From: an uncultured Alphaproteobacteria bacterium
GTDB taxonomy: Bacteria; Pseudomonadota; Alphaproteobacteria; Rs-D84
DNA: 64,000 bases
Assembly (NCBI GenBank): GCA_944389525.1
Contig: CALXMR010000001.1
Location: 228,658 to 292,657, forward strand
Direction: 5' to 3'
The position numbers and the translations under genes were made by a program. A model generated the notes under the pieces. It searched no databases and was not told where the DNA came from. It saw only the letters and a program-made list of their open reading frames with translations. Every line of letters starts with the position of its first letter. Position 1 is the first letter of the stretch. Shown here in pieces: positions 12,252 to 22,102 of this stretch.

Positions 12252-12423
12252 GTTGCGTGTCATTTATATACTTGCCCCGTTGTCCCGTGTCTGTTTTCCA
12301 GTTGTCAGACCTCGGGACGGCCAAAAATAAAAACATATGGTAACAAGATAGGTATGAAACATACCGTCTGTATTAAGTTTTTCTTTTCTGTTTCGTTTCG
12401 TTGTGATATAATTACTTAAAGTT

Positions 12424-15084
12424 ATGAAACATTTGCCGTTATCTTTTTTCTTGATTGCGTTTGTGGTGCCATCTGCCTTCGCGGATGGTGTGTCCATATC
12501 GCGTGCAATTCCGGCCAGTAATTCGGTCGCCACATCTGGTGCCAGCACCCGGGATACTGGTGCAAGTTCTGTGCGCCAGGGGGCGTCGCGTACAACAATT
12601 GCTGCGCCGGTCCAGAAATTGACCGCCACATCACAGAACGGTGGTACTGCACGTAGTGTAGCCAGTCGAACCGCCACAACATCAGATACAAATTCTGGGG
12701 TTGTGCGTGTTGGTTCGCGTGTTTTAGATTTGGGTGGGGATGCGTCACAGTCCGTGCGTGGTACTACAACGATACGCGCTGGGGGCAGTGTATCGCGTGC
12801 AGCGGGTGCGACGCATGCGAACACGGCGCGTGATAACTTGGATGCGACGGTAAATACTGTCGGTCGCAATGCCCGGGTTCAGGCGGCCAGTATAAACAAT
12901 AACCCGGCGGTGCGTCGTGCGGGGTTAACCTTGCGTCCATCCACGGCCGAGGTTGGCGGTCGTGCCACGATTGCGGGTACAGATATACAAACAGGTTCTA
13001 ATATTTCTAGCGAGGCTCGAACCGTTTCCGCACGTGCAACGACTAATGCAGATACGATAACCACAGAATCAATCGCCGCGGCCAAGGAACGGATGGATCT
13101 GGCGGCGGATTTGAATTCTTCGTGCCAGCAACAGTATAATGATTGTATGGACCAGTTTTGTTCAGTTATTGATTCCAATCAAAAACGGTGTTCTTGTTCT
13201 GCCAATTTGGACAACTACACTGATGTAGAACAGGCGGTTACCAACGCAAATAACCAGTTAAACGAGGTGGCCCAGCGGATTCGTTATGTCGGCCTGACCG
13301 AAGAAGAAATAGAAGCAATCATGTCCGCGACCGAGGCTGAAGATGCATTGTCTGGGACAAGCGATACAACAGAAACACGAAATTTATTGGCGGAAATCGA
13401 AGAGTTAATACGCGATCCAGCCAGCAGTACTTCGTCATATGCATCGAATTCATCGTCCTTGTTTGGGCTGGATATGGATATAGATTTTACATCAAATTCA
13501 GCGGATTTGTTTAGTTTGGACTTTTTGAACACTGGTGGATCCAGTTTGTCAAATATGCGCGGTCGCCAATTGTATAACGCCGCCAAAAATCGTTGTAAAA
13601 CCATATTGGACCAGTGTGAAGATGCGGGCGCAAATATTGACCAAATTACAGCGAATTACGATTTGGCAATTGATCGGGATTGTATCGCGTATGAACAGGG
13701 GTTGCGTAAAATGAACGAAACATTGGTGTCCAATGTGCGCAGTGCGAACCTGATGTTGCAACAGGCGCGTCTGGCGGTGATGCAGAATCAGAATTTATAT
13801 GACGCCAAGGAATGTGTCGCGGCACTGGATGAATGTATGCGCGATGATATGGTGTGTGGTGACGATTATACAAAATGTTTGGACCCAACGAAAAAGTACA
13901 TCGATGAAAATGGTGATGTTGTTCTGGGCCAGGATATAACCCAAATAATAAAATTTATGGAAAACTATAATAACGCCAGTATAAAAAAGCCACTGTTACA
14001 AGAGGCATACAGTATGCCTATTACGGACGAGAAGTGTGCGACAGAAACTGCAGGTGATAATGCCCCCCTGGTTGGAAATAATGGTGCATGCATTGCAGGA
14101 TATTTATTAAAGAAAATTGGTACCCAGCAGGAGATCACGGACGAAGGCATGTGTCGCGCCGTTTTGGACAAGTGCCAGGCATATACATATGATGATACGG
14201 GTAACTATCTGCCATATAATGACATTGTTGTGAATTATATCCAACGTGCAATGGTGAATATCCAGGCGGCCCAACGGCAAATTATATCTGATTATGCGTC
14301 GACATGTGTGTTGGATATTGCAAACTGCTATAACCAACAGGTGACCCAGGTCAACACATGGTCTTCTGGCGCCAGCGTTAACAGTGTTTATAATGTGATG
14401 CGCGGTGCATGCCGAAATGTGGCACTGACATGTGCGTATGCCGTGTTCAAGGATGATAATACCAGTTGTCCAAAAGGAGATAGGAATGATGACGATGAAT
14501 GTCTGGACAGCATTTCCGAAATGTTCTATCAGTCATTATTGTGTCCAGATAATTCGTCGTATCAATCAGAGTCTGGAACACCAGGAGAAAAAAATTATGT
14601 AAATTCCAGATGTAAGTGTAATTCTGGGTATTCTGTGTATAATGGCCAGTGTGTATTCTGTCCAGGAACAGGCATGACAATTAACGCGCTGGGGCAATGC
14701 GTATGTGATACTGCAAATGGCTTTACAGAAAGTGAAGGCAACTGTATATGCCCCAGCACACATGTTATTGATGATAACGTATGTCGAAAAAAAGTGTGCA
14801 CAGATGCAACGACATCCGCGGAGTGTGCTTCATTAGACTCATGTGTTTGGGGCGATTTTCGCTGTAAGTTCAACGGATCCCCCCCCATTGGGGGATGTAG
14901 TGCCCTGGACTCGGAGGAAAACTGTAAAAACTGGAGTAGGTGTAACTGGAATGGAACCACATGTGTTATTGTTGGCCATGTGGAGCTTGGTAATTGTTCC
15001 GATTATACTACGTCAGACCAGTGTGAAGCAAACGACCTTTGTTACTGGGATGATAATACAAAAAAGTGTTTAACAAATAATTGA
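12424..15084 (+). CDS. Large secreted cysteine-rich protein, paralog 2, with C-terminal EGF-like Cys repeats
   Basis: 886 aa. Signal peptide MKHLPLSFFLIAFVVPSAFA, an S/T/R/A-rich disordered region, CQQQYNDCMDQFCSVIDSNQKRCSCSA (homologous to the paralog-1 motif), and about 60 Cys. The C-terminus carries repeated C.C....C..C units (CKCNSGYSVYNGQCVFCPG..CVCD..CICP). Confidence 0.8.
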   Translation: MKHLPLSFFLIAFVVPSAFADGVSISRAIPASNSVATSGASTRDTGASSVRQGASRTTIAAPVQKLTATSQNGGTARSVASRTATTSDTNSGVVRVGSRVLDLGGDASQSVRGTTTIRAGGSVSRAAGATHANTARDNLDATVNTVGRNARVQAASINNNPAVRRAGLTLRPSTAEVGGRATIAGTDIQTGSNISSEARTVSARATTNADTITTESIAAAKERMDLAADLNSSCQQQYNDCMDQFCSVIDSNQKRCSCSANLDNYTDVEQAVTNANNQLNEVAQRIRYVGLTEEEIEAIMSATEAEDALSGTSDTTETRNLLAEIEELIRDPASSTSSYASNSSSLFGLDMDIDFTSNSADLFSLDFLNTGGSSLSNMRGRQLYNAAKNRCKTILDQCEDAGANIDQITANYDLAIDRDCIAYEQGLRKMNETLVSNVRSANLMLQQARLAVMQNQNLYDAKECVAALDECMRDDMVCGDDYTKCLDPTKKYIDENGDVVLGQDITQIIKFMENYNNASIKKPLLQEAYSMPITDEKCATETAGDNAPLVGNNGACIAGYLLKKIGTQQEITDEGMCRAVLDKCQAYTYDDTGNYLPYNDIVVNYIQRAMVNIQAAQRQIISDYASTCVLDIANCYNQQVTQVNTWSSGASVNSVYNVMRGACRNVALTCAYAVFKDDNTSCPKGDRNDDDECLDSISEMFYQSLLCPDNSSYQSESGTPGEKNYVNSRCKCNSGYSVYNGQCVFCPGTGMTINALGQCVCDTANGFTESEGNCICPSTHVIDDNVCRKKVCTDATTSAECASLDSCVWGDFRCKFNGSPPIGGCSALDSEENCKNWSRCNWNGTTCVIVGHVELGNCSDYTTSDQCEANDLCYWDDNTKKCLTNN

Positions 15085-15132
15085 ACAAATCTGATTTTAT
15101 GTTCAGCATAATAAACGCCAATCTGTCGAAGA

Positions 15133-15428
15133 TTTTATGCAAAACACTTGGCTTTTAATAAAAAATGTTAATTTTGTAGAAACTTTTGTACAAATCGAAC
15201 AAGAACAATAACAAGAGAAAGAGATATGAGCAATACTGCAATCTTTCAAACCGGCGGCAAGCAATATCGCGTGAAAACTGGCGATTTTGTAAAGGTTGAA
15301 CGCCTGGATGCCGATGGTACGGTCGAATTCGACCAGGTTTTAATGCTGGACGATAAAATTGGCACCCCATTTGTTGATGGTGCCCGTGTTGTGGCCCAGG
15401 TCGTGGAACAAAAACGCGGTGACAAGGT
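15133..15428 (+). repeat. 296-bp direct repeat, copy 2 (functional rplU promoter and 5' end)
   Basis: Identical to 11886-12181. Confidence 0.9.
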
Positions 15429-15525
15429 TTTGGTGTTCAAGAAAAAACGCCGTCAAAACTATCGCCGTACACGCGGCCATCGCCAGTATATTACTGTGTT
15501 GAAAATTACGGAAATCAAGGGTTAA
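15226..15525 (+). CDS. rplU: 50S ribosomal protein L21
   Basis: 99 aa, [16 protein letters not shown]...[20 protein letters not shown]. Confidence 0.95.
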   Translation: MSNTAIFQTGGKQYRVKTGDFVKVERLDADGTVEFDQVLMLDDKIGTPFVDGARVVAQVVEQKRGDKVLVFKKKRRQNYRRTRGHRQYITVLKITEIKG

Positions 15526-15552
15526 TCCCCGGATAGGCTAAGGAGTTTAATT

Positions 15553-15819
15553 ATGGCACACAAGAAAGCAGGTTCGGCAACCAGTAACGGACGCAATTCT
15601 GCGGGACGCAGATTGGGCGTTAAAAAATCCGGGGGCAGCCGTGTTATCCCTGGCAATATCATTATTCGCCAGCGTGGAACATCGGTACATCCGGGTTTAA
15701 ATGTCGGTATGGGCAAGGACCACACATTGTTCGCGAAAATTGCGGGCATTGTGAAATTTAAAAAGGGGCTGGGCGATCGGAAGACTGTTTCCGTTATTCC
15801 CGAAGACCAAGCGAAATAA
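15553..15819 (+). CDS. rpmA: 50S ribosomal protein L27
   Basis: 88 aa, [24 protein letters not shown]... Confidence 0.95.
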   Translation: MAHKKAGSATSNGRNSAGRRLGVKKSGGSRVIPGNIIIRQRGTSVHPGLNVGMGKDHTLFAKIAGIVKFKKGLGDRKTVSVIPEDQAK

Positions 15820-15846
15820 AAAACGGGGCGTCGCCCCGTTTTTTCA
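15820..15846 (+). terminator. Rho-independent terminator after rpmA
   Basis: aaaaaacggggcgtcgccccgtttttt. Confidence 0.7.
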
Positions 15847-16270
15847 AAGTGTAAAGAGCAGAGTTCAAAGTTCAATTGTTAACTGCGGTTTTCTCTATTG
15901 TGTCACCCCGTGGCTTGACACCGGGGCCCAGGTGAATTAACTTGTCGCAACGCGACACATATCGCATTCACTGGATCGCCACGGTCGCGTTGCTCCCTCG
16001 CGATGACAAGGAACAAATAACGACCACATTCTCTTTGTCATTGCGAGCCATCGCAGATGGCGTGGCAATCCAGTCAATTAATTTGTCGCAACGCGACACA
16101 TATTTAAAAAAATATGATGTAATACATATTACCTGGATCCTGGGGTCAAAATGCACCCCACAAAAACATTCGTTTTTGCGGGGGCGCGCCCCAGGATGAC
16201 ACAGAAAAGAATAGTGCGGACAAAAACTGCACTTTGCACTCTGCACTCTGAACTTTGCACTCTGTCCCCA
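15847..16270. repeat. Composite intergenic repeat cluster, site 3 (largest; two copies of several modules)
   Basis: caaagtgtaaagagcagagttcaaagttcaa; gtcaccccgtggcttgacaccggggc; two copies of aattaaYttgtcgcaacgcgacacatat; tgtcattgcgagccatcgcagatggcgtggcaatccagtcaat; the inverted repeat cctggggtc...ccccaggatgaca; ctgcactttgcactctgcactctgaactttgcactctg. Confidence 0.65.
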
Positions 16271-16349
16271 TCCCACGGGCATAAAGAATTATGAATTTTT
16301 ATCTTTTCACTGTGTGATTTTTATGTTAGAATTATCTGCAAGAGAGAAT

Positions 16350-18350
16350 ATGAAACGAATATCCGGATTTTTATTACTGGCGTTGACTTTGATCGTGTCG
16401 GGTGCGTCTGCGTCACCAGTGGCCACCACCGTGGGCAGCAATTTGACCGCATACAATCCAACATCTGGATCAACGAATAACGCCATGTGGAATGCGTACA
16501 TGAACCCACGCAGTAATGTGGCTGCATCTGCCCCGGCGGCAGATTTTGGGAATTGTAATGCGATTATATTGCGCTGTGCCCAGCCAAAGTGTGCAAATGG
16601 TGGATGTTCATCAATGGAAATTGCGCGTCCAATTGTTACAGGGTGTGTTGAATCAAACGCATCGTGTAAACAGTATGGCACGGATTTGATAGAATATATT
16701 GCGGCGCAATTGGTATCTGATTCCACTGCCGCGGCCACCCAGGCCGCTGCCGCCACCCAGGCGGCCGCCGCACAGCAGAGCAATTTGCAAATGCAACAAA
16801 TGCAACAGCAAATGGCCGCGATGCAACAACAAATGCAGCAGCAAAGTGCAGATACCGCCGCCCAGATCCAGGCAGTACTGGAACAGCAATCGGCCGCCAC
16901 CGCGGCGGCAATTGCAGAAGCCACCGCCGCCACACAACAGAATGCGGCCACATCTGTGCAACCGGCACAAACAACCAACGCAACAACACCCGCGGCCACG
17001 GATACATCGGTGAATTTGTCGGCTGGCGCGCTGGATTTAACTGCGGCGCAACAACTGGCGGCGGCATCAGGTGTTGATGCAAACCTGTTGGCGCGTGAAC
17101 AAATTGCGGGCGAAATATTGACTAAAATCGAAAATGCAGAGGTTAATTTAAAATCGGCCAAGGCCGCAATGGATGCGGCGTTTGAATATGCCGGTTGTGA
17201 TTCCACAGGCAGTAATTGTTCTGGCCCGGCCCGTGTCAGCAAATTCAAACAACGGGCGTTGGAATTCTTTGATCCATATAACGATGTGTTGAATGAGCTG
17301 TACGATGCGTTGATTTTGGCGCAATCGGTTGGTGTTGACATTACTGATATTTACATGATGTTGAGTGGCACATGTAATGTCTGGGGTCAATATTTATGCA
17401 CCGAAGGCCAGGTAATGCACTATAATTCATACAATTGTCAAAATGGCAAATCTGTGCCGGTCTATACCGGCGGCGGCATGGTTTATGGCGGTGCAGATTG
17501 CACCCCGGGCCAGGTTGTGCCAATGTCAGACGGTGGATGCCAACTGATAAAAATGCTGACAGACCAGGACGAAGTGCAACGCAATTGGTTATATCCCGAA
17601 GAAGGACTGGACGGTGCCCAGGTGCGCGTTGGTTGCGCATCCGAAGCGTTGGATAATTCGTTCTTGTTCCGCAACCTGAAAAGACAGGCGAGTATTGATA
17701 TAGAGGTTTTACAACGGATAATCGAACAAGATGCGCCGGCGTCATACGGGCGGTTGGGATTGTCATCGACCAGCGGTATGCGTACACCAAAGAATGATGG
17801 TCTGCCATATTGCAAGTTGAACGACAAGACATATCAAGAATTACAAAAAATTGCGACACTGAAACAATTGCCAGACAATATATGTGTCAGTGAAACAAAT
17901 ATGCGCAGAATTGCCGAAAATGGTATACCAATCGCGTCAACAAATAATGAATCTACGATTGCGGCGGCCCAACTGTGTGCATATCAGACAGGCACAGAAA
18001 GAACGAAGTGTATGTGTGAAAAGGTCAATCCAAACGGTGAACAATATTGGGATTCAGCGACAAAGACATGTATATGCCAAAATGGCCAGGTGTTTGATTA
18101 TGATTGCTTTATGTGTGTAAATGAGTTGGGCCAGTGCAAATCGGCAACAGTGTCCGATGCATCTGATGCCAGTTCATGGTCACAATACACAACGACAGAG
18201 TGTTGGAATACTGGTGGCACCCTTGATGTCGGCACAAATCGATGCATGTGCGATGGTTTCCCATATGATCCATTGATAGCAAGGTGCAGTCAAACCCCAG
18301 GATTATCGTTTAAAACCATCGAAAATAAATGGTCTGGGTTCGGTTTATAA
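16350..18350 (+). CDS. Large secreted cysteine-rich protein, paralog 3 (Q/A-rich coiled region, C-terminal EGF-like Cys repeats)
   Basis: Start taken at MKRISGFLLLALTLIVSGASA (signal peptide). About 45 Cys, a poly-Q/A segment, and a C-terminus CMCEKVNPNGEQYWDSATKTCICQNGQVFDYDCFMC...CMCDGFPYDPLIARC like the paralog-2 tail. Its stop overlaps the next gene's start (TAATG). Confidence 0.75.
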   Translation: MKRISGFLLLALTLIVSGASASPVATTVGSNLTAYNPTSGSTNNAMWNAYMNPRSNVAASAPAADFGNCNAIILRCAQPKCANGGCSSMEIARPIVTGCVESNASCKQYGTDLIEYIAAQLVSDSTAAATQAAAATQAAAAQQSNLQMQQMQQQMAAMQQQMQQQSADTAAQIQAVLEQQSAATAAAIAEATAATQQNAATSVQPAQTTNATTPAATDTSVNLSAGALDLTAAQQLAAASGVDANLLAREQIAGEILTKIENAEVNLKSAKAAMDAAFEYAGCDSTGSNCSGPARVSKFKQRALEFFDPYNDVLNELYDALILAQSVGVDITDIYMMLSGTCNVWGQYLCTEGQVMHYNSYNCQNGKSVPVYTGGGMVYGGADCTPGQVVPMSDGGCQLIKMLTDQDEVQRNWLYPEEGLDGAQVRVGCASEALDNSFLFRNLKRQASIDIEVLQRIIEQDAPASYGRLGLSSTSGMRTPKNDGLPYCKLNDKTYQELQKIATLKQLPDNICVSETNMRRIAENGIPIASTNNESTIAAAQLCAYQTGTERTKCMCEKVNPNGEQYWDSATKTCICQNGQVFDYDCFMCVNELGQCKSATVSDASDASSWSQYTTTECWNTGGTLDVGTNRCMCDGFPYDPLIARCSQTPGLSFKTIENKWSGFGL

Positions 18351-19156
18351 TGAAAAGAAATGAACTTATTTTAAACATATTCAAATTTGTGCGCCGCGCG
18401 CTGATTGGGGCGATGTTTGTATTGTGCGTGCCGGCGGTGGCAGCGGTATCGAACAACGGGTGCGATGATGCTGATAATATGTATATAAATCCAGAATTGG
18501 CACTGTGCACCACGCACGCGTATAACGCGGGTTGGCTGGAAAATCCGGAAAATTCTGGGGACAGACAAATGATGAACGATATCATTGCGTTGAAAAGCAC
18601 AGTTATGATGCAGCAGATGTACAAACAGTACGAGTTTTTAGAAGCCACATTAAATCGTATGAAAACGCAACTGCGACGCGAAATATTAACCACCCGGCTA
18701 GAGGCCGCCGGCGCAACCACCAGCGGTGGCGCATCTGGTTCATCATCTGTATCATCTGGATCTGTTGGTGGCAACAACGGTGTTTCCGGGGCAGAAAATT
18801 GTATTGCGGCGGGTTTGTCGGATGATGTTATGGAATGTCTGTTGCGCAATGTTAACAGAATTCAAACGGCAATAAATAATTCCGATATTGGTGCCGCCAA
18901 ACGTCAGATTGATACAGATTTAGATGTATTGGAAATGTACGACAAGCTTGAAAAAAACGCGCCAGATCCGCGCGACAAAGACGGCAACACAAAAATATCC
19001 CCTGCGCTGGCGAATGCATATTCCAAGTGTAACAGTGCACGCAACAACCGTACAGAAATGACAGAGTGTGTTAATTATATTCGCGCATGCATAACCCAGA
19101 ATATAGAATACTTGCAAAATCAAAATCGTGGCGGGTATAATCAGTTTATGCGCTAG
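18350..19156 (+). CDS. Secreted protein, coupled to paralog 3 (hypothetical)
   Basis: 268 aa, start at MKRNELILNIFKFVRRALIGAMFVLCVPAVAAV (signal peptide), a Gly/Ser-rich linker, eight Cys. Confidence 0.65.
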   Translation: MKRNELILNIFKFVRRALIGAMFVLCVPAVAAVSNNGCDDADNMYINPELALCTTHAYNAGWLENPENSGDRQMMNDIIALKSTVMMQQMYKQYEFLEATLNRMKTQLRREILTTRLEAAGATTSGGASGSSSVSSGSVGGNNGVSGAENCIAAGLSDDVMECLLRNVNRIQTAINNSDIGAAKRQIDTDLDVLEMYDKLEKNAPDPRDKDGNTKISPALANAYSKCNSARNNRTEMTECVNYIRACITQNIEYLQNQNRGGYNQFMR

Positions 19157-19207
19157 TATCGGTGGGGCATGTGTCTCATGTTGTTGTAATTTGTTACATG
19201 TAATCCA

Positions 19208-19882
19208 TTATGCAATTTGTGCCATAAATTCGTTATGCACGGCCAGTTCCGCGTCTGACACCGGAAATTCGCGGTGTGGAAAATTCGCGCCAATTTTCGG
19301 ATGTGCCAAGAATGCGGCGTGCTGCTGTTCAATTATCTCTGATACATCGGGTGCCGGCGCAGTATTTTCCAGTTCTTTATATACCTTGGCCAAGATTTCT
19401 GCGTCAATTAATGCGCCGTGAGCGTCTGCGCGTGCGGTCAGTGATATACCGTACCATTTTGCCAATGCGTCCAGTGAATAACTTTTTGGACCAAACACAC
19501 GATTTCGCGCGATTACAATCGAATCGTATTGTTGGGCGCGTGGAATCTGGGGCAGGCCAATCATCTGTAATTCATGATTGATAAACGGAAAGTCAAAATC
19601 CAGCCCATTATGTGCAACAATTGGACTGTCGCCAATAAACGCCAAAAACTTTGGTGCGATTGTCGCCATTTTGGGTTTATCTTCCAGAAACGCATTAGAT
19701 ATTTTATGTACCATATACGAATCGGGTGGGATGATTTTTCCATCTGGATTTATATATTCGTGGAAAGTATTATCGGTTATTTGTCCGTCTATCATTTCAA
19801 CCGCGCCGATTTCAATACAGCGGTCGCCCCGCATATATTCCAGCCCCGTTGTTTCAATGTCAAAGCAAATAACACGTCCCAT
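19208..19882 (-). CDS. dnaQ: DNA polymerase III epsilon subunit (3'-5' exonuclease)
   Basis: 224 aa. Exo I FDIETTGL, Exo II VAHNGLDFDFPFI, Exo III HGALIDAEILAKVY. Confidence 0.9.
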   Translation of the reverse strand: MGRVICFDIETTGLEYMRGDRCIEIGAVEMIDGQITDNTFHEYINPDGKIIPPDSYMVHKISNAFLEDKPKMATIAPKFLAFIGDSPIVAHNGLDFDFPFINHELQMIGLPQIPRAQQYDSIVIARNRVFGPKSYSLDALAKWYGISLTARADAHGALIDAEILAKVYKELENTAPAPDVSEIIEQQHAAFLAHPKIGANFPHREFPVSDAELAVHNEFMAQIA

Positions 19883-19953
19883 ACCCGTTTCCCCATGTAA
19901 AATAACTTTTTGATAAGTATAACTTTCTGTATTATAATGTGTTGGTGAATTTA

Positions 19954-22080
19954 ATGCTAGAAAATCTTAATCCAGAACAACGAACGGCAGTTGAAACGAC
20001 TGATGGACCATTGTTGGTGTTATCGGGTGCCGGCACCGGGAAAACGCGCGTACTGACCACGCGCATCGCGTATATTTTAAATAATGCGTTGGCCCTGCCG
20101 TGGCAGGTGTTGGCATTAACATTTACTAACAAGGCGGCAAATGAAATGAAAGCACGCCTGGCAAATTTTTCATCTGACACATCTTGGTATGCCGCGGATG
20201 TTTGGTGCGGAACATTCCATTCAATATGTCTGCGTATATTACGGGCAAATGCGGCGGCGGCGGGATTGCGGCGGGACTTTTTAATCTATGGCGAAGATGA
20301 CCAGAAAACAGTCCTGAAAAATGTTTTGACCGATATGGGACTGGATATCAAAGATTTCAGCCCATCTGATTGGGTCGAACGAATATCATCGATAAAGGAC
20401 AAGGGACTGCACAGTCCCGAACATACATCACCGACTGCATTAAAAATATTGGACGCGTATAACGCAGAATTAAATCGTCTGGGGGCGGTTGATTTTGGCG
20501 ATATAATATTGCGGGTATTAAAGTTATTTGATTCAGATTCAGAAATACTTTCGCGCTATCAACGACAATTTAAATATATCTTGGTTGATGAATTCCAAGA
20601 TACAAACGCCGCCCAGATGCAGTTTTTACAGATGCTGACGCGCGGTATTGACAGTCCGAATATTTGTTGCGTTGGTGATGACGACCAATCAATTTATTCA
20701 TGGCGCGGCGCGGAAATAAAAAATATTTTGAATTTTGAAAAAACATTCCCAAATGCACAAATAATCAGACTGGAAACAAATTACCGCAGTACCCCAAACA
20801 TACTGGGCGCGGCAAATTCATTAATTCGACATAATACGGGGCGCCTGGGCAAAGATTTACGCACTGCGCCAAATGTTGGGGCGGGTGAACCGGTATATGT
20901 TTTAACCGTGCCAACTGATTTTGATGAAGCGCGCCTGGTCGCCGATACAATAATGCGTAAACCAGACGATGAACCATATTCTGATTTTGCAATATTAATA
21001 CGCGCCGGGTCATTGTCGCGCCTGTTCGAAGAAGAATTTACATCACGCGGTATTCCATACAGACTGATTGGCGCGACCAAGTTCTATGACCGGGCTGAAA
21101 TCCGCGATGCGATTGCGTATTTGCGTTTGCTGGTGTATCCGTTTGATGATATATCGTTTATGCGTATTATTGGTAAACCGCGGCGTGGATTTGGACCGTC
21201 GGCAATTGCAAAATTACGCACGGCGGGTCAAAATCTGATGGACGGTTTGAAAGCAGCACAATTGTCGGGCAAGCAACATGTTGCCGCGGATGAATTTTTA
21301 CGCGCGTTTGATTTTGATTGGGCGTCAATGCCGCCAACAAATGCCGCGCAAACATTACTGGAAAATGTTGGATATATGAAAATGTGGCGCGAATCCAAAG
21401 ATACAGACGCCACCGATCGTCTGGATAACATTCGTGAACTGCTAACCAATGTAATTGCAAAGTATGATACATTGCCCGAATTTTTGGAACATGCGGCGTT
21501 AATGATGACCGATGATAATGATTCTGATGATGCATCGCCCACCACCACAGATGCGGTCAGTATTATGACAATTCATGCAGCCAAGGGACTGGAATTTGAT
21601 ACGGTTTTCTTGCCCGCCTGGGAAGAAGGCATTTTCCCAAATGATATGGCGGTTCAATCTGGCGGACTGGAAGAAGAACGGCGTCTGGCATATGTTGCAA
21701 TCACGCGCGCCCGCCGCCGTGCAATAATAATAAATGCAATGTCGCGTATGGTGTTTGGTAATCGTCAATATAATTCGCCCAGTCGCTTTATCACGGAAAT
21801 GGATAATCACTTTCTGGATTTCCAGGGTGGGGCGCCACGGTCATATAATTATGGTGGGCGCATTCCAACATCATACGAACGCCCGCGTGGTGCATCATAT
21901 AACACATCAAAACCGCGCCGTGCGCCAGTTGAACATAAATCATTGGTTGGGCGCCTGGTCAATCATGCAGATCTGGGCGGTGGCGTCGTTATCGAAGATA
22001 ATGGGGATATACTGACGGTCGCATTCAAGACCAAGGGTATTAAAAAGGTTGCGCGTCAATTTGTTGAACTGGTCGACTAA
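19954..22080 (+). CDS. uvrD: ATP-dependent DNA helicase UvrD/PcrA family
   Basis: Walker A GAGTGKT, LALTFTNKAANEM, DEFQDTN, VGDDDQSIYSWRGA, TIHAAKGLEFD, VAITRAR. Confidence 0.9.
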   Translation: MLENLNPEQRTAVETTDGPLLVLSGAGTGKTRVLTTRIAYILNNALALPWQVLALTFTNKAANEMKARLANFSSDTSWYAADVWCGTFHSICLRILRANAAAAGLRRDFLIYGEDDQKTVLKNVLTDMGLDIKDFSPSDWVERISSIKDKGLHSPEHTSPTALKILDAYNAELNRLGAVDFGDIILRVLKLFDSDSEILSRYQRQFKYILVDEFQDTNAAQMQFLQMLTRGIDSPNICCVGDDDQSIYSWRGAEIKNILNFEKTFPNAQIIRLETNYRSTPNILGAANSLIRHNTGRLGKDLRTAPNVGAGEPVYVLTVPTDFDEARLVADTIMRKPDDEPYSDFAILIRAGSLSRLFEEEFTSRGIPYRLIGATKFYDRAEIRDAIAYLRLLVYPFDDISFMRIIGKPRRGFGPSAIAKLRTAGQNLMDGLKAAQLSGKQHVAADEFLRAFDFDWASMPPTNAAQTLLENVGYMKMWRESKDTDATDRLDNIRELLTNVIAKYDTLPEFLEHAALMMTDDNDSDDASPTTTDAVSIMTIHAAKGLEFDTVFLPAWEEGIFPNDMAVQSGGLEEERRLAYVAITRARRRAIIINAMSRMVFGNRQYNSPSRFITEMDNHFLDFQGGAPRSYNYGGRIPTSYERPRGASYNTSKPRRAPVEHKSLVGRLVNHADLGGGVVIEDNGDILTVAFKTKGIKKVARQFVELVD

Positions 22081-22102
22081 AAAAATCTGGTTATCCGGAT
22101 TT

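Noticed and set aside
11979-12419. 146-aa ORF called as an intact gene
   Set aside because: Only the first 68 codons are rplU, as an identical duplicate. The remainder reads through unrelated sequence and a terminator hairpin, so it is annotated as a truncated pseudogene.
12264-12869. 201-aa and 108-aa minus-strand ORFs overlapping the start of paralog 2
   Set aside because: They are antisense to a well-supported secreted-protein gene and lie in a low-complexity GC-rich region.
16307-17341. 344-aa minus-strand ORF rich in Cys/Ala opposite paralog 3
   Set aside because: It is the mirror image of the poly-Q/A coding repeat. It has no start context, and the sense gene is strongly supported.
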